From NCBI GenBank assembly GCA_012862495.1, contig BLSG01000419.1, positions 74,121-138,120 of the forward strand: a DNA stretch of 64,000 nucleotides. The letters run 5' to 3'. The position numbers were made by a program, and so were the translations under genes. Source of the stretch: Thraustochytrium aureum (Eukaryota). This document shows, piece after piece, positions 34,494 through 45,499 of the stretch (positions within the stretch are counted from its first letter, which is position 1; every line of letters starts with the position of its first letter). The notes beneath the pieces are model-generated. The model worked only from the letters and a program-made list of their open reading frames with translations. It was not told where the DNA came from and did not search any database.

Positions 34494-35987
34494 TCACCTT
34501 GCCCACAGGACAAACATGCCCACCAGGGACAGGGCGCTCGCGCAAAGCACGGCCAGCCTGCGCTCCCCGCTCGGTTCGGCAAGCCAGCGCAGCACGGAAA
34601 CGCGCTTGGACATGGGCGCCGTGGGCGTGCCCTTGACCAGCGCCACCCTGAAGAGAATGGCCGAGGAGATCACGGCGCACACGACGAAAATGGAAAACAG
34701 GGCGCCCCACCCATAGACGCGCGACACGTAGGCCGTGGCGTACGCTTGGAAGATCGACCCGCACGAGCCTACGCTGTTGATGAGGCCGGCCAGGGTCCCT
34801 ATCACCTGCGTGCCCATCGCCGACGCGCTGCCGATGTCCTGCGCGATAGTGCCGCTGAGAATAGAGTCTGGCCCGATGACCAAAACGCCCACCGCAAACA
34901 TTAAAACAGCGTTGATGAGCGCCCCGCTCGTCGCCACGACGATGCAGCCGACGAGCATGACGCTCGCGCCGGCCATAAACACTGCTGCGGTGAGGTCCCG
35001 GCGGCCGTTCAGGTGGCGGTCTGAGAACCAGCCGATCAGAGGCGTGCCCACGAGCCCGCCAACCTCAAAGCTGGTCGACATGTAGCCGCCAACTGCCTGG
35101 CTAAAGTGCAGGCCCTCCTCGTAGTAGTACGGCAGCCACATGAGCAGGGCGTACCGCAGAAACTTGAGGAAAAAGTAGCTCACGGAGATCGCGAGGACGC
35201 CCGGGATGGCGAGCACTTTCCAAACGGAGGGCCGCTCGCTCTGGGGCGCAACCGGACTCGAGCTCAAGTTGGCTGGCGATCCTCCCGCGGAGTCGGCCTC
35301 GGCCGCGTCCCCCGACACGTCCAAGAGGCCCTTTTGCGCCTCCGCGTCCGCCCCACGGCCAGCGGCGCCGCTTGAAAGCCCCATGGCCGTTTCGACGTCA
35401 TCGAAAATGTACAGGAAGCACAGCACCGCGAGCGCGATGTTTATGGGAACGATGTACATGTATGCAAAGTGGTACCCGTAGTGCGTCATAAAGTACGTGG
35501 CCCAGATCGTGCCGAGAATGCCGCCAAGGCTCTGGCAGGTGGTCCAAATCCCCATCACGAATCCCCGGTTCTCGGGCGTGAACGTGCCCACAAGGCGCAC
35601 GCACGTTGGCCAGCCCGTGCTCTGGAAGATGGCGTGCAGGACCTGGCAGAGCGCGAAGGCCCACGGCGTGCTGACGCGCGACTTGAGCAGGCTGGTGAGC
35701 GAGAGGCAGACGAGGCCGGCGGAGAGCAGCTTGTGCGAGGACACATAGCTGCCCAGCACGCCGGAGATGCCCAGCGCGAACGTGTACGTGAACAGGTAGA
35801 CCGTGTCGCTAAAGGCAAGGTCTTCCACGCTAAACCCCTCCTCCTCGTGCAGGGCGGCCTTGACCACGCTGTCCGCCTTGCGCGAAAGGTAGAACCCACC
35901 GTACGTCAAGTAGAGAATGAACAACGTGCGCCGCTGCACATGTGCAAACCTCTCGCCGTACGCCCGCGAGCTCGCGGCGGCACTCAT
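34494..35987 (-). CDS. MFS sugar-phosphate/glycerol-3-phosphate exchanger (SLC37/GlpT, OPA family)
   Basis: YGGFYLSRK, FQSTGWP, RGFVMGIW.TCQSLGGILG, YFFLKFLRYALLMWLPYY, FEVGG..G, GPDSILSG, GLINSVGS.GS; about 12 TM helices. Confidence 0.92.
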   Translation of the reverse strand: MSAAASSRAYGERFAHVQRRTLFILYLTYGGFYLSRKADSVVKAALHEEEGFSVEDLAFSDTVYLFTYTFALGISGVLGSYVSSHKLLSAGLVCLSLTSLLKSRVSTPWAFALCQVLHAIFQSTGWPTCVRLVGTFTPENRGFVMGIWTTCQSLGGILGTIWATYFMTHYGYHFAYMYIVPINIALAVLCFLYIFDDVETAMGLSSGAAGRGADAEAQKGLLDVSGDAAEADSAGGSPANLSSSPVAPQSERPSVWKVLAIPGVLAISVSYFFLKFLRYALLMWLPYYYEEGLHFSQAVGGYMSTSFEVGGLVGTPLIGWFSDRHLNGRRDLTAAVFMAGASVMLVGCIVVATSGALINAVLMFAVGVLVIGPDSILSGTIAQDIGSASAMGTQVIGTLAGLINSVGSCGSIFQAYATAYVSRVYGWGALFSIFVVCAVISSAILFRVALVKGTPTAPMSKRVSVLRWLAEPSGERRLAVLCASALSLVGMFVLWAR

Positions 35988-36561
35988 GGTCGCCTTCGCG
36001 CCTTGTCCTCGCCGGCCGGCCNNNNNNNNNNNNNNNNNNNNNNNNNNNNNNNNNNNNNNNNNNNNNNNNNNNNNNNNNNNNNNNNNNNNNNNNNNNNNNN
36101 NNNNNNNNNNNNNNNNNNNNNNNNNNNNNNNNNNNNNNNNNNNNNNNNNNNNNNNNNNNNNNNNNNNNNNNNNNNNNNNNNNNNNNNNNNNNNNNNNNNN
36201 NNNNNNNNNNNNNNNNNNNNNNNNNNNNNNNNNNNNNNNNNNNNNNNNNNNNNNNNNNNNNNNNNNNNNNNNNNNNNNNNNNNNNNNNNNNNNNNNNNNN
36301 NNNNNNNNNNNNNNNNNNNNNNNNNNNNNNNNNNNNNNNNNNNNNNNNNNNNNNNNNNNNNNNNNNNNNNNNNNNNNNNNNNNNNNNNNNNNNNNNNNNN
36401 NNNNNNNNNNNNNNNNNNNNNNNNNNNNNNNNNNNNNNNNNNNNNNNNNNNNNNNNNNNNNNNNNNNNNNNNNNNNNNNNNNNNNNNNNNNNNNNNNNNN
36501 NNNNNNNNNNNNNNNNNNNNNNNNNNNNNNNNNNNNNNNNNNNNNNNNNNNNNNNNNNNNN

Positions 36562-37716
36562 GGATTCGCGCGCCGTGCTCGCTTTGGCGACACGGCGGTC
36601 GAGCCACTCTCCTCAGACCACAAGCCTGACCGTCGCGACGAGCGCGAGCGCGTGACCAAGGCCGGCGGCGAAGTCCACTTTGACGTGGACTCGGACACGT
36701 ACCGCGTGTTTGACGACTCCGTCGGCGGCCTGGCCGTCACGCGAGCCATCGGCGACGCGGCATTCAAGCCCTATGTGACCGCCATGCCCGAGGTGAGCCA
36801 CGGCAAGATCGACGAAACGACGGCCTTCATCATCGCCGCCTCCGACGGGCTCTGGGACGACGTAATCAACGCCGAGGCCGGCGAAGTGCTGATCGAGATG
36901 GCTGACGACCTGCAGGCGGCAACGAAAGAGCTCGTCAAGATCGCGTACAGCCGTGGGTCGGAGGACAACATCTCGGTTGTGGCGGTCGATTTGCAGGGCT
37001 GGAGCAAACACCTCAAGCGCGAAAAGAAGCGCAAGAAGAAAAAACAGCAAAAGCAAGACGACGCCGCAGCCGATGCAGTTGCCGCAGAGACCGCTGCCAC
37101 GGCCGCCGAAGAGGCGAAGAAGGCCGCGAAAAGGTCAACCAAAATGAAGCGCGTAATCCCCGGCCTCAACGAGGACGGCTACCTGTCCGAGCTGCTGCTG
37201 TGGAAGTCGCCGCTCCGGTCGTTTTTGTGGTTCTCCGTGGGCTGCCTGATGTTCTTCCTCACCTACTTTGCCGGCTACAGCATGCTCACGCTCGCGAGCT
37301 ACCTTCTGCTCATGCAGATCGTGATCACCACTGCTGTGGTCAAGGCTACGCCGCTGCTCAAGCGGCTCAGGCTCGTGCGGGAAGACTTTGACACGACCCT
37401 TTTCGTGCTCCAAGGCACGCTCATGTCGCACGAGGTGGTTCAGCGGGCCAGCGAGATTACGCTGCAGACCTCGACAACGATCTTTGACAGGTGGTCCATC
37501 ATCGTCCAGGACGGCTCGGCCAGCAACATCCTGCTCGCTCTGCGCTTTATCAGCTACTTTTTCTCGCCGTTCTCCCTGGACGTGGTGCTCTTTATCTTTT
37601 TCGTCGCGCTCTTCTCGCTACCGGCGACATACCACCACAACCAAACCTTTCTGGACGAGCAGTGGCTCAAGGTGGATGCCGCGTACAAAAAACTCCTATT
37701 GCGTCAGCGGGCATAG
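36562..37716 (+). CDS. PP2C/PPM phosphatase fused to a C-terminal reticulon domain (5' part in gap)
   Basis: PP2C motifs LSSDHKP...ERERV..AGG, LAVTRAIGD, ASDGLWD and GSEDNISV. In the same frame, the reticulon-like ELLLWKSPLRS..WF...YSMLTLASYLLL and second hairpin ...FSLPATY follow. Confidence 0.85.
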   Translation, partial: GFARRARFGDTAVEPLSSDHKPDRRDERERVTKAGGEVHFDVDSDTYRVFDDSVGGLAVTRAIGDAAFKPYVTAMPEVSHGKIDETTAFIIAASDGLWDDVINAEAGEVLIEMADDLQAATKELVKIAYSRGSEDNISVVAVDLQGWSKHLKREKKRKKKKQQKQDDAAADAVAAETAATAAEEAKKAAKRSTKMKRVIPGLNEDGYLSELLLWKSPLRSFLWFSVGCLMFFLTYFAGYSMLTLASYLLLMQIVITTAVVKATPLLKRLRLVREDFDTTLFVLQGTLMSHEVVQRASEITLQTSTTIFDRWSIIVQDGSASNILLALRFISYFFSPFSLDVVLFIFFVALFSLPATYHHNQTFLDEQWLKVDAAYKKLLLRQRA

Positions 37717-38462
37717 TTGGCCCGGCGGTGCAGGCTCCTGAGCTCCTGTGTGCGTTCCCCCGGGCTTGGTCGTGTCGCCATGAACGGGTCTTTGGCGCCG
37801 AGCCGCAGCGAGCTCGGGCGGGAGTAGAGGGGCCCGGCCGGCAGGTAGGCAAGCACTCGGACAGGGCGGCAGGAGGGCACCACAGCAACACGCGCCCGCG
37901 CTGCTTTGAATCCCGTGCTCATTGACTATAGATCAGAAAACGCAAGCACCATTCGATTTGCAAACTCTGGAGCAACAGCTTTTCGCGAGGAGGCGCAACA
38001 GTCTCCGTCGCGAGCGCCTTCAACCCCAACTCGGCGTGTGGGCCGGGCCTTCAGCCACTCCCTGAACCGCACTCGTTCCAAAATGAAAGAAAAGTCGNNN
38101 NNNNNNNNNNNNNNNNNNNNNNNNNNNNNNNNNNNNNNNNNNNNNNNNNNNNNNNNNNNNNNNNNNNNNNNNNNNNNNNNNNNNNNNNNNNNNNNNNNNN
38201 NNNNNNNNNNNNNNNNNNNNNNNNNNNNNNNNNNNNNNNNNNNNNNNNNNNNNNNNNNNNNNNNNNNNNNNNNNNNNNNNNNNNNNNNNNNNNNNNNNNN
38301 NNNNNNNNNNNNNNNNNNNNNNNNNNNNNNNNNNNNNNNNNNNNNNNNNNNNNNNNNNNNNNTCTCGTTTTTTGTTTTTTTCAAGTTCCAAGACCAAGCT
38401 GCCGCAGCCCAAGCGCCTGCGCGCACAATGAAATACCCCGCTCCGCACCGCCCGGCGTCGAG

Positions 38463-39759
38463 TTACGTTTTGTCAACGGCGGCCGTGTTCATCTCAGTGC
38501 TCTTGGGGCGCTGCCCGCCCTTGACCCGCTTCTCCTGCTGCTGCTTGTAGATCCTGTACCCGACAGCTCCAAACACAATGAGAGCGCCAACGAGCGAGTC
38601 CGCCGTCAGCGCGTGACCAAAGAGGATCGTCGAGAGGATGATGGCGATCAGCTGGCGAGTGGTCATGATCATCGTAAAGACCAGGGGGCCAAAGGTCTTG
38701 ATCGTGTAAAAGATAAACATCTGCCCCGTGGCTCCAGCGATGCTAAAGACGAGGATGTGGCCGCCGACCACGGGGTCGCGAAAGATAAAGCTGAGCGAGG
38801 TGAACAGTTCGCCCGACTCGAGCAGCGACATGAGCGAGAAAAAGCAGCTAAAGCTGTTGACGCCGAGCATCATCTGATAAGACGACATCTTGTACTCCTT
38901 GAACAAGTGACCCTGCCATTGCGAGGTGAACGAGTCAAACGTGAGGTACCCAGCGATGAGAATGACGCCGGAGAACGTGGTGGTCGTGTCGTCGGAGCCG
39001 CTCTCCTTCGAGTTGAGCGTGAAGATCGTGACCCCGACGCCGATCACGACAGCTACAACATAGTCGTACATCGGGTACGACTTTTGCGAGATGAGCTTGC
39101 CCATGAGCATGACGGGGATGAGTTTGCTCGACTTGGCGAGCACCTGGGTCGGGAATGAAATGTACTTTAGCGCCTCGAGCTGGCACCACGAGGAGAGCAC
39201 GTTGCTCAGCGAGGTGAACGAGTACTTGTAGTGCGGGGCGCGGAGCGGCGGCTGTTCGGTGAATGTCGTGACGCCCAGCGCCACCACGAGAGCGAGCAAG
39301 CGGTTGCAAAACACCAGGAAAATCGAGCTGGTGAACCGCCCTTGTCGTACTCTGTCGTGATGATCTTCTCCTGCAGAACGCCCCACAGCAGGTAGCTCCC
39401 GAGCAGACCCGTTGTGCAGAACGCGAGCAACAGGGCCTTGAGGCCGATCGCCATGTCCTCTGCCCGCTTCTCGACAGCGACAGCGGGGGTGGGTTGCAGG
39501 CCTTCCGCCTCCTCGTCCGAGCCGTGCACCAGGTGGTAAAAGTTTTCATCGTACCCGAGCACAAAGTAGCGAGCCAGGCGCGCATAAGCTGACCGATCCG
39601 TCTGCGCTGGCGGGGCTTTGCGCACCTTGTTCACAACAACGTAGCCCGCCATCACAATCAAGAAAGTACAGGCCCAGGTTGGTCACCAGGCTCACGCCCC
39701 AATCGGGCAGATACGACCCGAGCATGCCCCCCAACGCGCCCTTCTCCGCGCCGCCCATG
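38463..39759 (-). CDS. SLC35B2: PAPS transporter 1 (UAA family); apparent frameshift near 39340
   Basis: SYLLWGVLQEKIIT..Y, FTSSIFLVFCNR, YSFTSLSNVLSSWCQLEALKYISFPTQVLAKSSKLIPVMLMG, FDSFTSQWQ, GQMFIFYTIKTFGP, IMTTRQ. Also has the SLC35B2-type N-terminal extension. Confidence 0.92.
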
Positions 39760-39846
39760 ATTCCTCAGTCCTGCCTATCCCTGTCGCGTTCGCCCAGCCA
39801 CAGCAAGGTCCTCGTTTCGGGTCTGCCGCAGTGCGTTGCACTCGCG

Positions 39847-39887
39847 CGAGTCGCTCGAGTCGCTCGAGTCGCTCGAGTCGCTCGAGT
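39847..39887 (+). repeat. 9-bp tandem repeat, about 4.5 copies
   Basis: CGAGTCGCT repeated. Confidence 0.9.
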
Positions 39888-40436
39888 TGCGTGTCCTGGT
39901 CGAATCCAACCCGCTCCCTCGACAGACGCTCTCGGTGCACAGTCGGCTCTCACGCAGCTCGGCTGTCCGTCCCTCGAGTACTCGAGTACGTTGAACTACT
40001 ACTTCACCACTGTTGGACGCCGTCCTGCCTCGCAACTCTTGTGCCTCGTGGTCGCCAGCGGCACGAGATCGGGCCGCGCAGTGCCGGCATGCGGCTCAGA
40101 GTGCAAGCGGTTTGGCATGGAGTTGCGAGCGGTTGATCGACAGCAAGCTGGATGGCCCGTGGTGGTTTGCTCTTGGGGCAGCTCTGCCGCGAAAAAGCTG
40201 GGACGGGACGGGACGGGACGTCCCGTTGAGCGCGCTGGCGAGACCCCAGACCGGCCCCGCGCAAAACAAAAGCACCGCTAGCGGCTGGAGATTGCAATTG
40301 TAGTTTTCTGCTGTGTGTTTCATGCGTTTGCTCGGGGCTTCGGGAACGACTTCGGAAACGACGGGCCTGCGAAGCCTGGTCGTCGCGCCGCGAGAAACTC
40401 GGTCGGGATGCGGATGGCAGTGTCGAGAGGCGCGCT

Positions 40437-41477
40437 TCACGGCCACTCCCGCGGGTCTTCGATGTTGCGCGGGAGGCACTTGTTCCGCCCGCCCGACTTG
40501 CAGCGGCGCTGGCGAGGAAGGCTGTCGTACTCGATCCTCTTGCAAGTATTCTGCGCTCTGTCGAACTGGCCGCAAAACGCAGCCTCGCGTAGGTACTCGG
40601 CAACGTCTGGGCGCTGCTCGAGCGACGTTGGTTGCTGCGTTGGCGCAGCCGTTGTTGGCGCCGGCGTGGGCGGCATCGGCAGCACTTTGGGGTGCGGAAC
40701 GCATACACGCTCGCGCTTGCTCCACGCACAACGCGTCGCCCTGGCGCCGTTCTGCCCAGTGATCTTGGGCGTCCTGATNNNNNNNNNNNNNNNNNNNNNN
40801 NNNNNNNNNNNNNNNNNNNNNNNNNNNNNNNNNNNNNNNNNNNNNNNNNNNNNNNNNNNNNNNNNNNNNNNNNNNNNNNNNNNNNNNNNNNNNNNNNNNN
40901 NNNNNNNNNNNNNNNNNNNNNNNNNNNNNNNNNNNNNNNNNNNNNNNNNNNNNNNNNNNNNNNNNNNNNNNNNNNNNNNNNNNNNNNNNNNNNNNNNNNN
41001 NNNNNNNNNNNNNNNNNNNNNNNNNNNNNNNNNNNNNNNNNNNNNNNNNNNNNNNNNNNNNNNNNNNNNNNNNNNNNNNNNNNNNNNNNNNNNNNNNNNN
41101 NNNNNNNNNNNNNNNNNNNNNNNNNNNNNNNNNNNNNNNNNNNNNNNNNNTCTTTCTGTCGCCAGAGAAGGTAGAGCAGGCCCCTCTTCGGCCACCCACG
41201 CTCCCCAGGTTGTCGTTGGGGCCGGCGTCGTTGGGGCCGCGGTTGTAGGGGCGGGAGACGGGCTCAATGTCTCGGGTTCGCGGCCTTTGACGCGGCACGT
41301 TCGCTTCTTGTACACGCAGCGCTGCTTGGCGGCCTTGCATTCCTGCGGAGAGGCGCTCGAGCAAAAGTCGAGGTTTTCTTTCCATTCAGGCCAGGACAGT
41401 GCTGCGGACTCTTGCGGGGCCGAGCTCAGGCCAAGGAGCGACACGAGGGCGGCGCTGGACAAAAGTGAGACCCGCAT
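40437..41477 (-). CDS. Secreted Cys-rich protein with Pro/Thr mucin-like linkers; internal gap
   Basis: Signal peptide MRVSLLSSAALVSLLGLSSA; Cys modules; PAPTTAAPT repeats. Confidence 0.75.
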   Translation of the reverse strand: MRVSLLSSAALVSLLGLSSAPQESAALSWPEWKENLDFCSSASPQECKAAKQRCVYKKRTCRVKGREPETLSPSPAPTTAAPTTPAPTTTWGAWVAEEGPALPSLATERXXXXXXXXXXXXXXXXXXXXXXXXXXXXXXXXXXXXXXXXXXXXXXXXXXXXXXXXXXXXXXXXXXXXXXXXXXXXXXXXXXXXXXXXXXXXXXXXXXXXXXXXXXXXXXXXXXXXXXXXXXXXIRTPKITGQNGARATRCAWSKRERVCVPHPKVLPMPPTPAPTTAAPTQQPTSLEQRPDVAEYLREAAFCGQFDRAQNTCKRIEYDSLPRQRRCKSGGRNKCLPRNIEDPREWP

Positions 41478-41528
41478 TTCTCTCAGACTGACGGCTAGCT
41501 GCTGGTCACCCTTGTCGAAAAGTTGCGT

Positions 41529-41635
41529 TCGTGGGTTGGTCGGGTCGGGCTCCTCGACGTACTCGAAGTCTCGGCGTTGGTCGTGGGTTGGTCGGGTCGG
41601 GCTCCTCGACGTACTCGAAGTCTCGGCGTTGGTCG
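41529..41635 (+). repeat. Direct tandem duplication of about 52 bp
   Basis: TCGTGGGTTGGTCGGGTCGGGCTCCTCGACGTACTCGAAGTCTCGGCGTTGG x2. Confidence 0.9.
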
Positions 41636-42735
41636 CGGCCAGTTCGGAGTCTGCTTGGTATGGATGTCGCGTGGCGCTGGTCTGCGCCTGTGTCTATGCA
41701 GTAGCGCAGCCAGGTCCGTTTCCGAGAAAACCAATGGGCGCCGCTCCAAGGCCGCGAAAACGCTCCGAGGCCGCGAAAACGAACGACTGGGGTGGCAAAG
41801 TCTCGCTGGAGAACAGCAACAAGCATGCGAGCACTTGCCCCAGAGTTGTGCGAGATAGAGCGGCTAGGTACGTCCTTCGACCTTGTACTACAACCCGTCC
41901 TTCGAACAAGCAAAAGTTAGCTAGCGCGGCCCGGCCACAGAGTTGGTACGCCAGAGCCCGGGGGGCAGCAGCATGCACGGGCAGTCAATTCTGCACGGCT
42001 CGTTCCGGCTCTTCAAAGACCAGCAAACGACAAGGTTGTAAGGGCAAGGATCCGTTGAGAATGCAAGGATGGGTTCGGAGCTCTCATTTCATTTGGCTGC
42101 CACGGCACAGGTGAAAGTGTCCCGTTCGAGTAGCTCCGAGCCTGAAATGGACCTGCGTAGTTGCAAGTGACACGATTTGGCCCGCGCAGTCGGCTGTTGC
42201 ATTTCTCCCCAGATTCTCCGCCTCGTCGGAGCGCGGCCAGCTGGCCGTTTTGGTACCTCGCTTGTCCAAGTCGAGCTGAAACGGCTCTGCGTCGGGCCCT
42301 TCAAGCTGACCGGCCACCGAAGCCAGCGCGTTCTTGGCCCTAGGCGGAGCCAGCGAGCGCGATTCTGGGGAGCAAAAAAACCTGCAAGCGCTTACGTCGG
42401 TCATGGGGCGACTGAAGGCTCTTGCCAACCGAGGACGTTCAGTTGGCAGCTTGTGACAGCGTCGGGCGAAGGGGCGCGCGAATGCTCTGTGCACCTAGGA
42501 GGCTCACTTGGCCGCGAAGCCAGGGCCGCAAAGCCAGCGCTGCAAGCCGGTGTCAGCATGTCCCATGCGCGCTCGATGCGCCGCATCGCGGCGCCCTGCG
42601 GTGCGCTCAACCTGAATCAAGCTGTGCACCTCTCTTGGAGGCAAAGCGCCATTAAGTGTTAGCCGAGCTTGCAGCAGACATAACTACACGTTGGCGTCAG
42701 GTTCCTGCTTCAGCCGGCCACGGCTTGCGCAGCAG

Positions 42736-43230
42736 TCAGCGGGATGCGTCGCGAAGGGCGAAAAAGCCAGCCCACGCGAACGGCGCCTCCAGGCCGCCCC
42801 CTCCAGGAAAAGGGTCATGGAGGACCTCGAGCGTGCGCATATCCGCAAGAACACGGCCCACGACACAGTGCTTGTGAGACCCTCGGGGCGACTTGCCGGC
42901 GACAACGCAGACCGTCCCCGCCCCTGTAGGGAAAGGCAGCTTTGGTGCGGTGCTGGCCGAGCCCTCCTCGCTCGTGACGAGCTCGACTTTGACAAAGGAT
43001 AGCTTTGGTGCATTGCGTGCCAGGAACTCGCTCAGAGCGACGTGGTAGTCTGGTGCGTCGACAAAGTTTGGCACGTCCTCGAGGCGTGGCACGCCCAGAG
43101 CAGTCGCGACACACGCCTGCAGCGCGTTGCCCTTGCCTGCCTCAAAGATGGTTTGCAAGTGGAGCGGGGAGGCGAGGTCAGGAGCAAGGGCAGGACCATC
43201 CGCACTGGCCGCCACTTGAGGAGGCTCCAT
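42736..43230 (-). CDS. Small protein resembling phage/bacterial papain-fold (C39-like) hypothetical proteins
   Basis: QTI...GNALQACVATAL...LEDVPNF, GKSPRG.HKHCVVG and LHDPFP.GGGL; single exon. Confidence 0.65.
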   Translation of the reverse strand: MEPPQVAASADGPALAPDLASPLHLQTIFEAGKGNALQACVATALGVPRLEDVPNFVDAPDYHVALSEFLARNAPKLSFVKVELVTSEEGSASTAPKLPFPTGAGTVCVVAGKSPRGSHKHCVVGRVLADMRTLEVLHDPFPGGGGLEAPFAWAGFFALRDASR

Positions 43231-43605
43231 CGAGAAACCTCGCCTAGCCGACCGTGACGCGACCTTTCAAGACCGATCCACCGCCGCCTCTCGACGCCGC
43301 GGTTCGCCGCGATAGGCCGCTCGTCGCGCCGAGAGCCACTCTCGCGCCCAAGTGGTCGTGGCAGACTCTACTGCAAGGCGAATCGTTTGGTCGCATTCAG
43401 AACAGAGAACTGAACAGCTCAACTTGCATTTCTGATTCACATGACTCGCAGACGCGTTGCTCGATGGTTTGGTTGGGTGGACATTATTGGTTGATGACCT
43501 AACCACCCACACCCACCAGTTGGCATGGCAACGGAGCCCAGGATTCCGACGACGACCCCTGCCGCTGCAAACCCCTGCCGCTGAAAAACTCCTGCCGCCG
43601 CAGAC

Positions 43606-45336
43606 TCAGAAGCGACGCGGCAAGAATTGGACCTGGGCTGCTGACCCTGTTCGAGCAAAGTACGCGCCTTTCTGCCGACGACGGTTGCGCATGGCTGCAA
43701 TGGCGTACGAAAAAGTACTGTGCACCGAGCCCGACCACCGCTCGGCAAAGTCGCAAATGACCTGATCCACAAACCCCAGCACCGTGGAGTGCATGGCCAA
43801 AGGCACATGTGCGAGCAGCTTGTTCATCTCGGCGCGGTCGAGGTCTTTGGCGAACGCGAGGTGACGGAACCCAAAGACACGCTCGAACGCGTTGAAGAAG
43901 GTGAGGTCGCGCTCGTCTGTGGCGATGTACAGTGGCACGCGCTTGTCAAACTTGTACATTCGGAAGCTGTGGTACTTGATGTAGCTCCTCACGGTCTTGC
44001 GCTCCTTGAACTGGCTGTCGCCACGGCGAAAGTGGATCGCGCTATACCTGGGACCAAACCCAGCGACGGCGCGAAGCGCAGCAGCCTGGAGGTGCTTGGA
44101 GAACTCCATCCCATAGTTGATGTGGTTGTAGTACGGGATCTGCGTGGTGGCACAGCACTTCCACATAGACCCCTTGGACCAAAACACCACGTCGGCGGGC
44201 TCCTTGGCCCAACGCTGGTTGATGGTCTTTTCCTGGATGAACTCGATTGCCAGGTTGCGCTCATAAACGCGCCACTTGAGGTGCTGCAGGATGCCCGACT
44301 GGTACGACTCCATGTCGCCGTCGTGCACCTTGACCCCGGCATACACGACCGAGTCGAGCGTTTCGATGTCAAGAACCATGTGCATTGGCATCACGTCGTT
44401 GGTTGTAAACCGGTTGAAATTGGTGTAAAAGCTCGAGTGCGGCCCCACTGGTGGCAAGACAAGCGTCCGGTTCATTGCGTTTGCGGCCAAGATGGCCCAC
44501 CGAAGGATCAGGCGCTGGTTGCCCCAGCCGCCGGAAGGCTGGTACAAAAAGTAGCGCCCCGCCTCCGAACCCGTGATTCTGTACTTTGGCGCGAGTCGGC
44601 GCCAACTGTCCAAGTCAGCGAGGTCCGGGTCGTGTATATCAAAGCTCGGGCGAGTGATGTTGTCGCCCGGCTGGCTTATTTGTGCGCCTTGTGCTTGTGC
44701 TGTTGCTCCGTTCGCGTTGGAGTCGCGCGAGGCTTGTGGCGGCGCCGCTGCGGCCTGCTCGTCGTCGTATGTTGGTGGCGCCTCGACCTCCTCGCCAAAC
44801 TCGTCAATAGCGACGCTTTCCTCGCCATGATCCTCTGAGGGGTCAAAGTCCTGCACTGCGCCGCTGTCCTCGCTTTCCCATCCGCCTTGCTCTGCGGAAC
44901 TCGCACCACCAGCGCCCAGTGTGGGGCCCGGCTCGCCGACGCGCTCTGCCCTTTGCTCGGGAGGCCTCAGGCCCAGCTCAAGCCGCTCCGCATCGACCAT
45001 CTCCCAGCCGCGATCATTCGCAACGGAGGCCCACGTTGCCTGAGGCAGCACCACGTTGACCTCCAACAGCGTAGCGCTGTGGCGCGCCATCCGCAGCACA
45101 GCAAACGCCGAGACCNNNNNNNNNNNNNNNNNNNNNNNNNNNNNNNNNNNNNNNNNNNNNNNNNNNNNNNNNNNNNNNNNNNNNNNNNNNNNNNNNNNNN
45201 NNNNNNNNNNNNNNNNNNNNNNNNNNNNNNNNNNNNNNNNNNNNNNNNNNNNNNNNNNNNNNNNNNNNNNNNNNNNNNNNNNNNNNNNNAGCAGCCCAGG
45301 GCCGCCAGCTCGCCCACTTGCCGGCGCTCCTGCCAC
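43606..45336 (-). CDS. GDP-fucose O-fucosyltransferase-family (O-FucT, GT-B) type II membrane protein; gap near the N-terminus
   Basis: YQPSGGWGNQR, NRTLVLPP, YSAIHFRRGD, LYIATDE and VDQVIC...GSVHSTFS; acidic stem region. Confidence 0.87.
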   Translation of the reverse strand: MAGAPASGRAGGPGLXXXXXXXXXXXXXXXXXXXXXXXXXXXXXXXXXXXXXXXXXXXXXXXXXXXXXXXXXXXVSAFAVLRMARHSATLLEVNVVLPQATWASVANDRGWEMVDAERLELGLRPPEQRAERVGEPGPTLGAGGASSAEQGGWESEDSGAVQDFDPSEDHGEESVAIDEFGEEVEAPPTYDDEQAAAAPPQASRDSNANGATAQAQGAQISQPGDNITRPSFDIHDPDLADLDSWRRLAPKYRITGSEAGRYFLYQPSGGWGNQRLILRWAILAANAMNRTLVLPPVGPHSSFYTNFNRFTTNDVMPMHMVLDIETLDSVVYAGVKVHDGDMESYQSGILQHLKWRVYERNLAIEFIQEKTINQRWAKEPADVVFWSKGSMWKCCATTQIPYYNHINYGMEFSKHLQAAALRAVAGFGPRYSAIHFRRGDSQFKERKTVRSYIKYHSFRMYKFDKRVPLYIATDERDLTFFNAFERVFGFRHLAFAKDLDRAEMNKLLAHVPLAMHSTVLGFVDQVICDFAERWSGSVHSTFSYAIAAMRNRRRQKGAYFARTGSAAQVQFLPRRF

Positions 45337-45499
45337 TCGCGTGTGGCCGTGTCTTTCGGCACTGGCCTGGCCACCCGGTCAACTCTCTTGAAAGAATGAC
45401 AGAGCAAGTACTCTCGGGTTGGTTGCTAGTGGCCGACGCGCTCGACCTCGCAGGGCGCTGGCGCGGCGCAGTCGGTTGGCCGGCCTGCCAATCTGTCGG

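Noticed and set aside
34494..36767. 757-aa minus-strand ORF suggesting a transporter fusion
   Set aside because: The upstream part is the antisense of the PP2C gene, joined only through the N gap.
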